Shown: positions 27,521 through 38,000 of the stretch, one piece after another
How positions within the stretch are numbered: the first letter of the stretch is position 1
Layout: each line of letters begins with the position of its first letter
Assembly (NCBI GenBank): GCA_020636045.1
Contig: JACJYP010000006.1
Location: forward strand, 5,733 to 69,732
Length of the DNA: 64,000 bases
From: Lewinellaceae bacterium
Lineage (GTDB): Bacteria > Bacteroidota > Bacteroidia > Chitinophagales > Saprospiraceae
Direction: 5' to 3'
Notes under the pieces: generated by a model
The model's database searches: none
The model's input: only the letters and a program-made list of their open reading frames with translations
Told to the model about the DNA's origin: nothing
Translations under genes and position numbers: made by a program

Positions 27521-28399
27521 TTACGTTTGATCCGATTTCAGCGCGATAAAATACACATCCTCCAGGTTGGGGATGGCTTCGGTAAAGCCCGCTCCCGGCG
27601 TTTTATCGGAAAAGACGCGGATGCTCAGGGTATTGTCTTCGTTGAAGCCCGATGACAGCACATTGGCTTTTGTTTCCCATATTTCCAGTTCCGCCCGTCC
27701 GATCGAGCGGGTCCATATCTTGCCCGAAACGGCCTGTACGGCTGCCGACGGGCGCATTTGCTGCAATATTTTTCCGCCGTTTATGATGGCCATGTCGGTG
27801 CACAAGTCCCGGACGTCGTCAACGATATGTGTGGAAAAAATGACGGTGTTGTCGCTGCCGACTTCCCGCAGTACGTTGAGGAAACGGTTGCGCTCGGCAG
27901 GGTCGAGGCCTGCCGTGGGTTCGTCGACGATGATGAGCCGGGGCTTGTTGAGCAGGAGTTGGGCGATCCCGAAGCGTTGCTTCATGCCGCCCGAATAGCC
28001 GCTGACGCTTTTTTTGCGCACATCGTACAGGTTGGTCAGTTCGAGCACCTTTTCCACCATTACATTCCGCTCCTTTTGGGAGGCGATGCCTTTCAGCACG
28101 GCAAAATAGTCCAGCAGCGCTTCCGCCGAAGTATCGGGATACACGCCGAATTCCTGCGGCAGGTAGCCAAGCACCCTGCGCAGGCGCATGGGCTCGCGCA
28201 ACACATCGATGCCGTCGAATACGATGCTGCCGGCATCGGGTTCCTGCAGCGTTGCGAGGGTGCGCATCAGCGTGGATTTGCCGGCGCCGTTGGGGCCCAG
28301 CAGGCCGAACATGCCTTTTCCGATCTCCAGCCGGAGCTCGTTCATCGCTTTTACCCCGTTGGGATATGTTTTGCTGAGATCGCGGATCAGGAGGTTCAT
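27521..28399 (-). CDS. ABC transporter ATP-binding protein (ABC-2 partner)
   Basis: Walker A GPNGAGKST, signature YSGGMKQRFGIA, Walker B LIIVDEPTAGLD. The stop lies 12 nt before the permease::M1 start. Confidence 0.9.
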   Translation of the reverse strand: MNLLIRDLSKTYPNGVKAMNELRLEIGKGMFGLLGPNGAGKSTLMRTLATLQEPDAGSIVFDGIDVLREPMRLRRVLGYLPQEFGVYPDTSAEALLDYFAVLKGIASQKERNVMVEKVLELTNLYDVRKKSVSGYSGGMKQRFGIAQLLLNKPRLIIVDEPTAGLDPAERNRFLNVLREVGSDNTVIFSTHIVDDVRDLCTDMAIINGGKILQQMRPSAAVQAVSGKIWTRSIGRAELEIWETKANVLSSGFNEDNTLSIRVFSDKTPGAGFTEAIPNLEDVYFIALKSDQT

Positions 28400-28770
28400 A
28401 GGCCGGAGGTTTTGATCTCCCGGCCGAATTGCAGCATATATCCGTTGTTGTCGTAGATGGCGAATTCCCGCATCCCGTGCTCGAAGTTGTCGATCGGGTA
28501 GGCGATCGTCGCCTTTTCCCTGAATTCCTGCCAGAGCCCGTCGACGTCGTCTGTATTGATGTAGAACGAACCGGTGAACAGGGGCTGTTCGAAAGAGGTA
28601 TGCGCGTTGGGCCTGGCGACCATGATCTCCACCTCATCGCGGTGCATCGCAGCCCAGCCCCGGTCTTCGTTGTACTCGCCGCAGGTAAATCCCAGCTGGT
28701 TTGTATAAAAATCGACCGTCTCTTTGAGTTGAGCGGACCAGATCATGGGGCGAAGGAGCAGCAACTGCAT
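28396..28770 (-). CDS. VOC (glyoxalase/bleomycin-resistance fold) family protein
   Basis: About 124 aa with the paired beta-alpha-beta-beta-beta pattern (FYTNQLGF..., FAIYDNNGYMLQFG). I start it at the internal ATG at 28770. The stop overlaps the ABC ATPase start as ATGA. Confidence 0.65.
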   Translation of the reverse strand: MQLLLLRPMIWSAQLKETVDFYTNQLGFTCGEYNEDRGWAAMHRDEVEIMVARPNAHTSFEQPLFTGSFYINTDDVDGLWQEFREKATIAYPIDNFEHGMREFAIYDNNGYMLQFGREIKTSGL

Positions 28771-28935
28771 GGCCGGGTGTTTTTGTTTGCAAAGCCGGAG
28801 CGGGCGATATACGCTCTGATTTTGCATACAAGTACCCCATTTCAGACCAAAAAATCTTCAACCTTATATAAGGGTTTGTTTTCCCTATACCAGCGCGCGG
28901 TTTTTTTATACAAGAAGCCCGGGGCGCTTTAATGC

Positions 28936-29595
28936 TCAGAAACTGGCAAAACAGATCATGTTCAACTGGTCGCGGCCGCTGCGTTCGAAAAACTGGTTCA
29001 TATAACCCAGTTCGAAACGCAACCGCGGGCCGAGTTTGTAGCCGAGGCCGCCGTAGAGGCGGTTGCGGTCGAACACGGGCGATTCCGTGCTCAGAAATAT
29101 TTCATTATAGGCAGAGAAATAAAAGGTACGGTCGGAAAGCGTACTGCGGTGCAAGGGTACGTTCAGCGACAAAAAGTACCGGAAGCGCATTTTGAAATCG
29201 TCTTCAACAAAGCGCTGCTCGAAGCGGTAGCGGTGCTGAATATGGAAACGCCCGAAATGTTGTTTGCTGATAAACTGCTGATAGATGCGGTGTTCCGACA
29301 CGTATGTCTTTTCCTCGCCGCCCGGCAGGTAGTTTCCGGAGTGAATATAGGCGTAGCCCGCCAGCAGATTATTATTGTTTTCGCTCAGGTTGAGCCCCAC
29401 GCCGGTTCTGAGCAGCAGTTGCTCCAGGTCGCCGATGAGATCGTAGTTGCGGTATTGCACTTCGTGGTGCCAGTTCCATTTTTCGCTGATCTGTTTGTTC
29501 CCGAAATAGATCAGCCAGTTGCCGAGTTCGCTCTTCTGGCCGCTCAGCCACAACGGGGCCATGGCGAGCATCGCCCACAGTACGCATTTTTTCAT
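28936..29595 (-). CDS. DUF2490-family outer-membrane beta-barrel protein
   Basis: Signal peptide MKKCVLWAMLAMAPLWLSGQ, an alternating amphipathic beta-strand pattern, a WNWHHEVQYRNY segment, and a C-terminal aromatic residue. Confidence 0.65.
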   Translation of the reverse strand: MKKCVLWAMLAMAPLWLSGQKSELGNWLIYFGNKQISEKWNWHHEVQYRNYDLIGDLEQLLLRTGVGLNLSENNNNLLAGYAYIHSGNYLPGGEEKTYVSEHRIYQQFISKQHFGRFHIQHRYRFEQRFVEDDFKMRFRYFLSLNVPLHRSTLSDRTFYFSAYNEIFLSTESPVFDRNRLYGGLGYKLGPRLRFELGYMNQFFERSGRDQLNMICFASF

Positions 29596-29665
29596 GTTGG
29601 AAAGTGTTTTGTGGGTCAACAACCGGAGGTCCGCAAGGTTGTCGATCTGCCTGTCGTTCGGCGGC

Positions 29666-30103
29666 TTATATCAGCTCGTCCAGCAGTTTGAGGATGGCAA
29701 TGAGCAGGCCCAGTACCGCCCCGAAATGCGTGCCCGGGCTGAACTTGTCCAGGGCGTCCTCTTTGACCAGCGAACTTTTGATCAATCGCCTCAGAAAAGC
29801 GGCGCTCAGGGTGAATACTTCCTTCGAGAGGTAGACGAACAGCAGAAAGAATATGAAAATGGCGGTCGGGATGAGGGTGGTGGCGCTGAGGGCGATGAAT
29901 ACAGGCGATAGTTTATACGAATTAATATCGTAGGGATACATTTTGATTCGCGGACCTTCTACAACCACCATCTCCATTCTATTTTTCACAACAAAGGGCT
30001 CCCGTCGAACGATAAAGTTATAAAAGCCGGTCCATTTATACAATTGACTGATTACCTCAGTTCTGGTGTCGGAATAGAATTTATCCAGACTTTCGGTTAT
30101 CAC
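29666..30103 (-). CDS. Hypothetical membrane protein (orphan, AT-rich, GTG start)
   Basis: ORF only. Two predicted TM stretches (VFIALSATTLIPTAIFIFFLLFVYL, GAVLGLLIAILKLL). No recognisable motif. Could be a fragment of a decayed larger gene. Confidence 0.35.
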   Translation of the reverse strand: MITESLDKFYSDTRTEVISQLYKWTGFYNFIVRREPFVVKNRMEMVVVEGPRIKMYPYDINSYKLSPVFIALSATTLIPTAIFIFFLLFVYLSKEVFTLSAAFLRRLIKSSLVKEDALDKFSPGTHFGAVLGLLIAILKLLDELI

Positions 30104-30342
30104 CTTTGCGCTATCTGAAAATCCGTCATTTTTTTATGTGACTATACATGTATTCTCGGATACCCAAACGGATAAAATTGTTCTTTATTAAAGGTACATT
30201 GAATCACCATAGTACTTGTATCCAAAACTCTCATCCTGATGTTTGACAAAAAGAATTGCCGATCTTTAATTTATCTGCAATCTTAATGGAAGGGATCATT
30301 GATACAAGACATAATACAAAAAACAGGTAGGCGATCGTAATA

Positions 30343-30804
30343 TCAAAATAAATCCGTGCCAAATCGACTATTTTTACAACTACGGCGCTTTTGCCGCTTG
30401 ATTTTGTTAAAACACGGCCTCCTTTTGGGCGGACTATTGAGATTTACGAGATAGATCGGGTACCAGGGCAGGTAATCATGCCAATATGAAGCTGATATCT
30501 CTTGCCCTTCCGGTAAAAAAATAGCACCGACCCAGAAAAACACCGTCGTCAGCAGCCAGCTCACAAAGATCAGGCTCAGGAATGCCCGCAGCGGTTTTTT
30601 CCTGAAGTTGAAAGACCTGTACAGGAAATGGTGACAGCTCTCGATCGCGATCTTGTGAATATCGGGGAACCGGGCCTGGCGGATCTTTTCGAGCCAGCCT
30701 TTCAGCCTGTTGTAGGTGTTGCGTTTCTCCTCTTCGTAGGTCAACTTGTCAAAAACCACTCCGGCGGCGACCAATATTGCCAGGATCAGTGCGGAGATGG
30801 CCAT
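30343..30804 (-). CDS. Hypothetical membrane protein (orphan, AT-rich)
   Basis: ORF only. N-terminal TM MAISALILAILVAAGVVF and a second TM AFLSLIFVSWLLTTVFFWVGAIF. The last ~30 aa are highly basic and look like out-of-frame sequence. Confidence 0.4.
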   Translation of the reverse strand: MAISALILAILVAAGVVFDKLTYEEEKRNTYNRLKGWLEKIRQARFPDIHKIAIESCHHFLYRSFNFRKKPLRAFLSLIFVSWLLTTVFFWVGAIFLPEGQEISASYWHDYLPWYPIYLVNLNSPPKRRPCFNKIKRQKRRSCKNSRFGTDLF

Positions 30805-30846
30805 AACAGACGAAATAATTGGTGATCTGAATTTGGTTTTCGACGA

Positions 30847-32157
30847 TCATTCCCCGTTCCCCTTGCCCGGATCGCTCACGGGTTCCAGGCTGGAGATCAA
30901 TACCTTGTCGATCTTGCTCTTGTCCATGTCCAGTATCTCAAAGCGGTAGCCGTCCGCTTCCAGGGTATCGCCCACTTTCGGGATTTCGCTGAGTTTGAAC
31001 AGGATGAAACCGGCAAGCGTGGAATAGTCCGCATCTTCTATGTCGACGTCTTTGAGGCTGATCATTTCGCGCAGCTCGTCGATCGGGATGGTGCCGTCCA
31101 CCAGCAGGCTGCCGTCTTCGCGCGTGACGATGGCGGGGCCTTCCTTGTCATCTACGTCGGGCAGGGCGCCGAAGATGTTCTCCGTGAGGTCGTGCAGGGT
31201 AATGATGCCCTGGGTGGAGCCGTATTCGTCGACCACCACGGCAAAATAGTTGCGTTCCTTGCGAAAGCGCTCCAGGATCTTGAGCGCATTCATGGTCTCC
31301 GGCAGGTAGAGAGGCTGCGATACGATGCGCTGCAGGTCGAAATCGGGTTTGTGGCGGTTATCCACATAGTCGCGCAGCTTTATGACACCCAGAATATTCT
31401 CGATGGTGCCGTCGCAGACGAGGAATTTGGTGAAGCCGCTTTCGTACACCGTGTGGTCGTTCTCCTCAACGGGCGCGCTCACATCGATCCACTCCACATC
31501 GTTGCGATGCGTCATAATAGTATAGGCGTCGCGGTCGGCGAAGCGCAGAATATTCTGGATGAATTCGCTCTCTTTTTGTTCGAGCACGCCCTGCTGATTG
31601 GCCATTTTCACCATCAGTTTGATCTCTTCCTCCGATACGCCCTGCTGTTCGTTGGGCTTGATGAACAACAGGCGCATGAACATTTTGGTGGACCAGCTGA
31701 GAAATGCCGAGATCGGGCCCGTCATGCGGGTAATAAAATTCATGACCGGCGCAAAGGCGATGGCCAGCCAATCGGCGTACTGGATCGCGATATATTTGGG
31801 CGCGAGTTCGCCGATGATCAGGGAGAAGTAGGTGATGAGGGTCACGACGATCGACAGCGACACCTGTTCGGCATAAGGCGCAAGGGCCGGGACAAGCATA
31901 ACGACCGGTTCGAGGTACTTCCCGATGGCCACGCCGGCGTAGGCGCCTTCCACGATGCTGATCAGCGTGATGCCGATCTGCATGGCCGACAGGTAGTTGT
32001 CGATGTTATCGAGCAATGAGAGCGCAATGGCGGCATTGCCGTTTCCCTTCATTTTTTCACCTTCGAGGCGGGAGCGTTTGGCTGTAAGAAGGGCGATCTC
32101 ACCCAGCACGAGGAAACCGTGCAGGACTATGAGGACTAGAACTATGATAATTTCCAT
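30847..32157 (-). CDS. CNNM/CorC-HlyC family transporter (DUF21-CBS-CorC)
   Basis: N-terminal 4-TM DUF21 region (MEIIIVLVLIVLHGFLVLGEIAL...), a CBS pair, and a C-terminal CorC_HlyC segment (GDTLEADGYRFEILDMDKSKIDKVLI). I start it at the ATG at 32157. Confidence 0.85.
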   Translation of the reverse strand: MEIIIVLVLIVLHGFLVLGEIALLTAKRSRLEGEKMKGNGNAAIALSLLDNIDNYLSAMQIGITLISIVEGAYAGVAIGKYLEPVVMLVPALAPYAEQVSLSIVVTLITYFSLIIGELAPKYIAIQYADWLAIAFAPVMNFITRMTGPISAFLSWSTKMFMRLLFIKPNEQQGVSEEEIKLMVKMANQQGVLEQKESEFIQNILRFADRDAYTIMTHRNDVEWIDVSAPVEENDHTVYESGFTKFLVCDGTIENILGVIKLRDYVDNRHKPDFDLQRIVSQPLYLPETMNALKILERFRKERNYFAVVVDEYGSTQGIITLHDLTENIFGALPDVDDKEGPAIVTREDGSLLVDGTIPIDELREMISLKDVDIEDADYSTLAGFILFKLSEIPKVGDTLEADGYRFEILDMDKSKIDKVLISSLEPVSDPGKGNGE

Positions 32158-32530
32158 GAAGAGTGTCCGTCGGCGCCGGGTGGTTGCGGGTATGGAAGTG
32201 CGTATCGGGCGACGTAGCGGACGTAAATTTCGTTCAAATTGAGCAAACGAAACGCACAACATTGTTTGGAATGTGCGGCAAATTTACCGCAATTGCCAAA
32301 TTTATTGCAAGTGGAAAAGAAAAACATCCATTGTTGCAGTTAAAAACTGTTAAAAGTCAAAAAAAATTTTTGCCCGCAAACAATATCTGTCTACTTTTGA
32401 CGGCGCGAAGTATTACTCCGCATCCAATCTGATTTCGAACCAACTAATAGCATCGCTTATAGATCATAACTTGTACACCGCTTAAATTCTGATATAATTT
32501 AACTGGTAAAACAGCAAAATCCGTTTGCTC

Positions 32531-33115
32531 ATGCAAGTTATGCCGATGCTTAACGATCAGGAACTGATCGCACGTTACGTCGATGGCGACGAACATTCTT
32601 TCGAAATCCTCCTCAATCGCTACAAAGCGAAGATTTACACCTCTATTTATCTTTTTGTAAAAGACCAGGCGCTCGCTGAAGACATCTTTCAGGAGGTCTT
32701 TATCAAGATTATCGATACCCTCCGCCGGGGTAAGTACAACCACGAAGGAAAGTTCGTGCAGTGGGCCATGCGCATTGCCTACAATATGTGCGTGGATTAC
32801 CACCGTCGCCACAAGCGCCGTGCGCACATCAATCCTTCCGAAGATTTCGACATTTTCGACGTGCTTCGCCTGAGCGACGACGGCCCCGATACGCAGATCA
32901 TGCGCAGCGAAACGCACAACCGCATCCGCCACCTCGTGGATGCCCTGCCGCCCGAACAGCGCGAAGTCGTGATCCTGCGCCACTATGCCGACATGAGCTT
33001 CAAAGAAATCGCTTCGCTGACGCGCGTCAGCATCAATACGGCCCTGGGCCGCATGCGCTACGCCCTCATCAATATTCGCAAGATGATGGCCGAACGCGAA
33101 GTTGTGCTGCAATAG
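32531..33115 (+). CDS. ECF-type RNA polymerase sigma-70 family factor
   Basis: Region 2 (AEDIFQEVFIKI, WAMRIAYNMCVDYHRR) and region 4 HTH (SFKEIASLTRVSINTALGRMRYA). The listed start at 32525 is a TTG. ATGs at 32531, 32540 and 32546 are all possible. Confidence 0.85.
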   Translation: MQVMPMLNDQELIARYVDGDEHSFEILLNRYKAKIYTSIYLFVKDQALAEDIFQEVFIKIIDTLRRGKYNHEGKFVQWAMRIAYNMCVDYHRRHKRRAHINPSEDFDIFDVLRLSDDGPDTQIMRSETHNRIRHLVDALPPEQREVVILRHYADMSFKEIASLTRVSINTALGRMRYALINIRKMMAEREVVLQ

Positions 33116-33133
33116 GCAACCATGTAAACATAT

Positions 33134-33180
33134 GAAAAACCCTCCGGGCACATCAGGTCGCCCGGAGGGTTTTCATTTTA
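33134..33180. terminator. Bidirectional rho-independent terminator
   Basis: Perfect 12-bp stem AACCCTCCGGGC (33138..33149) / GCCCGGAGGGTT (33160..33171), flanked by an A-run on the left and TTTCATTTTA on the right. Lies between convergent genes. Confidence 0.85.
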
Positions 33181-33209
33181 TGTCAGTGTGTGTCTGAGCA
33201 GTTTGACTC

Positions 33210-34691
33210 TTAGCGCTGCATGGCAAAGCGCTTGATCTGCCTTTCGCCGCCCGGGGCGATCACCTCTATAAAATAGATGCCGTTGGAGAGCCGGGCGCTT
33301 ATTTCCGGTGTGTAAACCTCATTTCCGGCGTCTACCGCCTCACTGCTCAAATATTGTCCCAGGCTGTTCAGCAATGAAACCCGCAGCGTCTGACCTCTCC
33401 AGGCAGAAAGGTCGACGAACAAGGGACCGTCGCTGGGATTTGGGTATACGGCAAAACGCTGCGCTCCCGTCACCCGTTCGATCGCACCGGGCCGTTCGTC
33501 TGATTTGCCTGTCGCGGCGGCATCTCCCTGATCCGCAGCAGCGGGCTTGGGCACGGAAACGGGCACGCAGTCGAATGTATTCAGATGCGCTTCGTAGAAT
33601 GTTTTGGGGTACACCCGCGTCACTACATGGATGTAATCGGGCGCCGACTGTTGCGGTAGCGCGTAGGAGAATTCGTCCGATTCACCGTTGCTGATGCTGT
33701 CCGTGGTCGCTTTAAAGCGGATCGAATAGGAAGGGGTGTAATTCGGGTTCCGGACGTCGTATTCACGGCCGGCCGGTGTGGTATATACGCTGTTGTTGAG
33801 TGGATCGAGCGCCACCACGCCGTCGGGCAACTGGAAAGCGGTATAGATCAGTTTGGCCGTGCAGTTGTTCGTCACACGGATCGTGTACGTGCGATTTTTG
33901 TCCGCATCGAGCGTGATCCCCAGCAATTCGTATTTGACGCAACCCGCTATTTTTACATCGCAGACATCTCCTGCAGGCGGCGTGGAAGAACAGGGCGCGG
34001 GCGGATCAACCGTCACGGTAGCGATACAATCGGGGTTATCGTGGTCGTTGATGGTGATCGTAACGGCGCCGTTCACGACCTGGAAAGGGCCGAAAACATA
34101 AGGCGTACCGTAAGGGATCATGGAAATATCGGGCAGCATGTCCCAGCCCCAGGGACCGGTGCCTCCGGTAGCGGTGATGGCAAAAGTAAAGGTGTCGTCG
34201 CTGGGGTCGGCGGTGCCGTTGTCGTCGCAGGCGATCGCCGACACGCTGATCGTCACCGGAGTGAAGCAGCCTTGCGGTACGGTTGTAAAGCCCGCATCAA
34301 AATCGAGCGCGTCGCTGTCGGACAATGAAAACAACATCGTGTACCCGAAGGCGTCGGGGTCGCTGTCGATGCTGTCGTCGTTGCCCTGATCGGGCAGGGT
34401 TTGCCAGATGCCCCCCGGGTTGGCAAAATGCAGCCTGTAATCGCCCGGAAGTACGTTGTCGAATTGATAGAAGCCACCCATGTCAGTCAGTTGTCCGCCT
34501 ACCTGGTTGCCGTCGGGGTCGATCAGAAACACCCAAATGGCCGGCAGACCGGGCTCGCCCGCGTCCTGGATGCCGTTGGTATTGAGGTCATCCCACACAA
34601 ACCCGCCAACAGAAGCCGCAGAAGAACGGGCAGCCGGGAAAAGTGCGCATACGATCAGCAATACAGCAAGAAAAGTCGTTTTTTGTATCAT
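33210..34691 (-). CDS. Secreted SdrD B-like (CNA-B type) domain protein with T9SS C-terminal sorting domain
   Basis: After the signal peptide comes GGFVWDDLNTNGIQDAGEPGL...GFYQFDNVLPGDYRLHF, an SdrD B-like fold motif. The middle ~300 aa are unassigned. The C-terminus FAVYPNPSDGPLFVDL...GIYFIEV is a type-A T9SS CTD. Confidence 0.75.
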   Translation of the reverse strand: MIQKTTFLAVLLIVCALFPAARSSAASVGGFVWDDLNTNGIQDAGEPGLPAIWVFLIDPDGNQVGGQLTDMGGFYQFDNVLPGDYRLHFANPGGIWQTLPDQGNDDSIDSDPDAFGYTMLFSLSDSDALDFDAGFTTVPQGCFTPVTISVSAIACDDNGTADPSDDTFTFAITATGGTGPWGWDMLPDISMIPYGTPYVFGPFQVVNGAVTITINDHDNPDCIATVTVDPPAPCSSTPPAGDVCDVKIAGCVKYELLGITLDADKNRTYTIRVTNNCTAKLIYTAFQLPDGVVALDPLNNSVYTTPAGREYDVRNPNYTPSYSIRFKATTDSISNGESDEFSYALPQQSAPDYIHVVTRVYPKTFYEAHLNTFDCVPVSVPKPAAADQGDAAATGKSDERPGAIERVTGAQRFAVYPNPSDGPLFVDLSAWRGQTLRVSLLNSLGQYLSSEAVDAGNEVYTPEISARLSNGIYFIEVIAPGGERQIKRFAMQR

Positions 34692-35078
34692 ATCAATAAA
34701 TGTAGAGGCCGCCTGCCGGCCGGTAAGCACAGGTTTGTGACCGGCGCAGTCAGCACCGGAATAGAACTGAATATATCATGTAGGGAGGTGAAGCGAAGCC
34801 CGGCAAGCATACGTCGCAGTAGCGACAGGGGGCGGATCAGGACGGGATCGAGGGGATTAAAAAGAATAAAACGGATGTTTCACGGAGCCGTACGGGCTTT
34901 TTTGTAAAGTCCGGCAAAATAAACGAGCGGGGCAGTGTTTTTTTGGAAAAAGGGGTGGAAGTGTCCGGAATCTTGCGGTTTTTCAAGGGAACAGATGAAA
35001 CAAGGGCCATTCCAAACGGTACCTGTGAAGGATATTGTCCGCCCGGAATGGCCCTGAAGCCGGATTATCGGCCTTTTA

Positions 35079-38000
35079 CTACTGTTTCACCAGTTTTAGC
35101 GCAGCAGCGCTGCCTCCTGAAAACAACTGCACGATATAGGTGCCGGAAGGCAGTTCATGCAGGTTGAGGTCGAGCCTGTTGGCGCCTTCCGCCAGTTGCA
35201 GTTCGCGCGACTGCAGCGTCTCGCCCATCAGATTGATCAGGCTGACGCGGGCCTGCGAAGCATTTTTGGCCGTAATATTCAAGTAGGTAACATCGACGGC
35301 GGGGTTGGGAGAAAGCGAAAGGTCGAAAGCAGCCTGCCCCGGCTCGTTCGTACCGACCACCAGGCTCCGGTCGCCGTCGGCGTACCATACGCCCCAGTTG
35401 CGGTTGCCGATCAGCAGGCTTTCGTTGCCCGAGGGGGTGATCTTGTCGGCTGCCAGCCCGCGCGTGTAGATATTGGTCACGCCGCTCGAATTGGGCCCTT
35501 CGTAGATCATGGCGTTGTCGAGGCGGTTGTAATTCGGCCACCCCAGGTCGCCGTTGTTGGCCAGCACAACGTTGTAATCGCCCGTTTCCACGTTGGCGCC
35601 GTAGACGTCGTACTGATTACTTTGCTCATCGATATAATCGAAAGCGATCACGTAGGGCGAATTTTTGGCGAACGCGGGGTTCCCGACGCTGGTTTTCTCG
35701 GGAAGGCCGTTGAAAAGTTTGGAAATGAAGGCGTTGTTTCCGTTGGTAAATCCGCCATTTTCCCAAAATTTCAGAAAACCGATGTCCCAGTAGCTGATGT
35801 CGAGCCCCTGCGAATTGGACAGCTCGTTGTAGGAGTCGTACATAATGTAATTGCCGGAGTGGTCGAATTCCAGCACATCGGCGTATTGCACCTCACCGGT
35901 GACCTGGCCACCGTTGGAATACGTGGGGTTGTAAAGGGTAAATACCTCCTGCTGATTGGTCAGGATGTCGTACACGTATATCAGGTTGTCACCATCATCG
36001 GTCAACGATGCCACGAATCGGCCGTCTTTTGAAATGGCGGCATTGCGCCACACGGGAGCCGCGCTGATAGGAGGGTTGACGGTCGGGATAATGTCTGTCT
36101 GCGTATACACCATATCCACCGTAATGATATGCCCGGCGGCGTTGACGAAAACGATCTGGCTGCCGTTGTCGGTGATGCTCGGGCGGCTTTTCAGCCCCTG
36201 GTTGTAGATGGTGCCCAATACGGTGCCGTTGCCGATCGCGAGGTCAAGATTTTTGTAGTCGTTGGAGACGCAAAGGATATAGTCGTCGCCGGGGTTGACC
36301 TGCAACTGGCCGAGGTAGTTGCCTCCGGGGCTGCTACCCAAAATGCCCACCTGGTCGAAGGCCGAAGCTGCGGCATTGGCAACGGCGCTGCCATACAATT
36401 CATTTGCTGCCTGCAGCACCGCAATGCGCAGGTCCACGAATTTGCTCGACTTGACGAGGTAGTCGCGCAGGGCTTTGTAAAACACCTGTTCCGCCTTGTC
36501 TTTTCCTACGGAAGCCTGAATGGCGAAGAGGTAGAATGCGTGATTGGGAATCCCGCTGTTGATATGCACGCCCCCGTTGTCCTGCGAGCCGTTGTACTGT
36601 TCGTTGACATGCTTGGGCTGCCACCAGGGGCTGTTCGACGAAACGCCGTTGTGGGGGTCCTGCAGGCTGCGCAAAGCGGCGTTGGTACCCGGCTGCATCA
36701 CGTCTTCGCCGATCTGCCAGTCGTCGCGGTCGATCATCGCGCCGAAGATGTCGGCAAATGATTCGTTGAGCGCGCCGCTTTCACTCTGGTAGACGAGGTT
36801 GGCGGTTTTTTCGACGACGCCGTGCGTCATCTCATGTCCGCCGACATCGAGGCCGCGGGCGAGTTCCTGAAATGTGGAACCGCCTTTTCCGTACCACATG
36901 GCAGCGCCGTTCCAGTAGGCATTTTCCATGGAGGCGCCGTTGCTTTCACTCACATTCACGAAAGCGAGGATGTTGCCTCCTACACCGTCGATGGACTTCC
37001 GGTTGAAGGTGCTCTGGTAATAATCGTAACTTTTGACACTGTTGAGGTGCGCACTGACGGCCGCTTTATTGTTGAAACTGGCGGAGCCGGAATTGACAAG
37101 CGTGTAGTCGAAATTCTGATTTTCCGGCGACGTATTCAACGCGTCGAGGGTGACGATCACACCGACGGGGTCGCCGGGCATGTTCGATGCACTGCTGTTG
37201 AACATCGACTTGGTCGCGTCTTCCATGTAGTACGTGCCGTTTTGCTGCCATACTTTGAAACTGCGCAGCACATTGAAAAGGTCGAACCCGCTGCCGTCGG
37301 TGGGAGGCGGGGGGATATTGGCTTCCCGGTCCGTTTCCGGCGCGGGGGTATCCGAATGCTCCTGGTGTTCGTGCCTGCCACCGTCTATTTTGCAGGTATA
37401 ATCGTAGTGGTGGATAACATCGCCGCTGACAGCGTCAATAAAATAGATCTCCCGGCTGAGGAGGTTGGGATGCGCTTCCACATACCAGGCCAGGCGCTCG
37501 TTGTCGAGTTGGGAATTGTGGTGATAAATTACCAGCTGTGCATGGTAAGGCGCTGCATTGAGCAGTTTCAGTTCTTCAGCGCTCCAGTTCGTCTTGACCT
37601 TGTCCGGGCCTATGGCTTCCCTGACCAGTTCCACGGCGCGGTCGGCATTGATGGCCGGTTGCACGGAATTCAACTGCGGCGTCGGATAATAGCGACCGTT
37701 GAGCAGATCGAATGCGCCGTTTCGCAGGTGTGCGATCAGTTCGCCGCCGTACACGGGTACTCCCTGGTATTGTTGTTCCAGGCGCACGTGCGAGTTGCCG
37801 AGTTGATCGGTCTCTACCCGCACGGCGGTGAATTCTGCAAGGGGTTCGGCAATGCCCGCCGGGTTGAGGCTGGCCAGGTAATTCAGGGCATCCGAGTTTA
37901 CGTCGCCTGTCGGCACGGACGCTTCTGTGCGGCCTTCGAACAGGATGGGCAGGCCGTTTTCACCGCGTGTGATGCGTACCTGTGGCGCCGAGGGTGCGGA

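Noticed and set aside
34884-34903. Plus-strand terminator-like hairpin (AGCC GTACG GGCT followed by TTTTTT) with no plus-strand gene upstream, considered as the end of a small RNA.
   Set aside because: The stem is only 4 bp. It lies in the promoter/terminator gap between two minus-strand genes and could equally be noise. No promoter motif was found in a suitable position.
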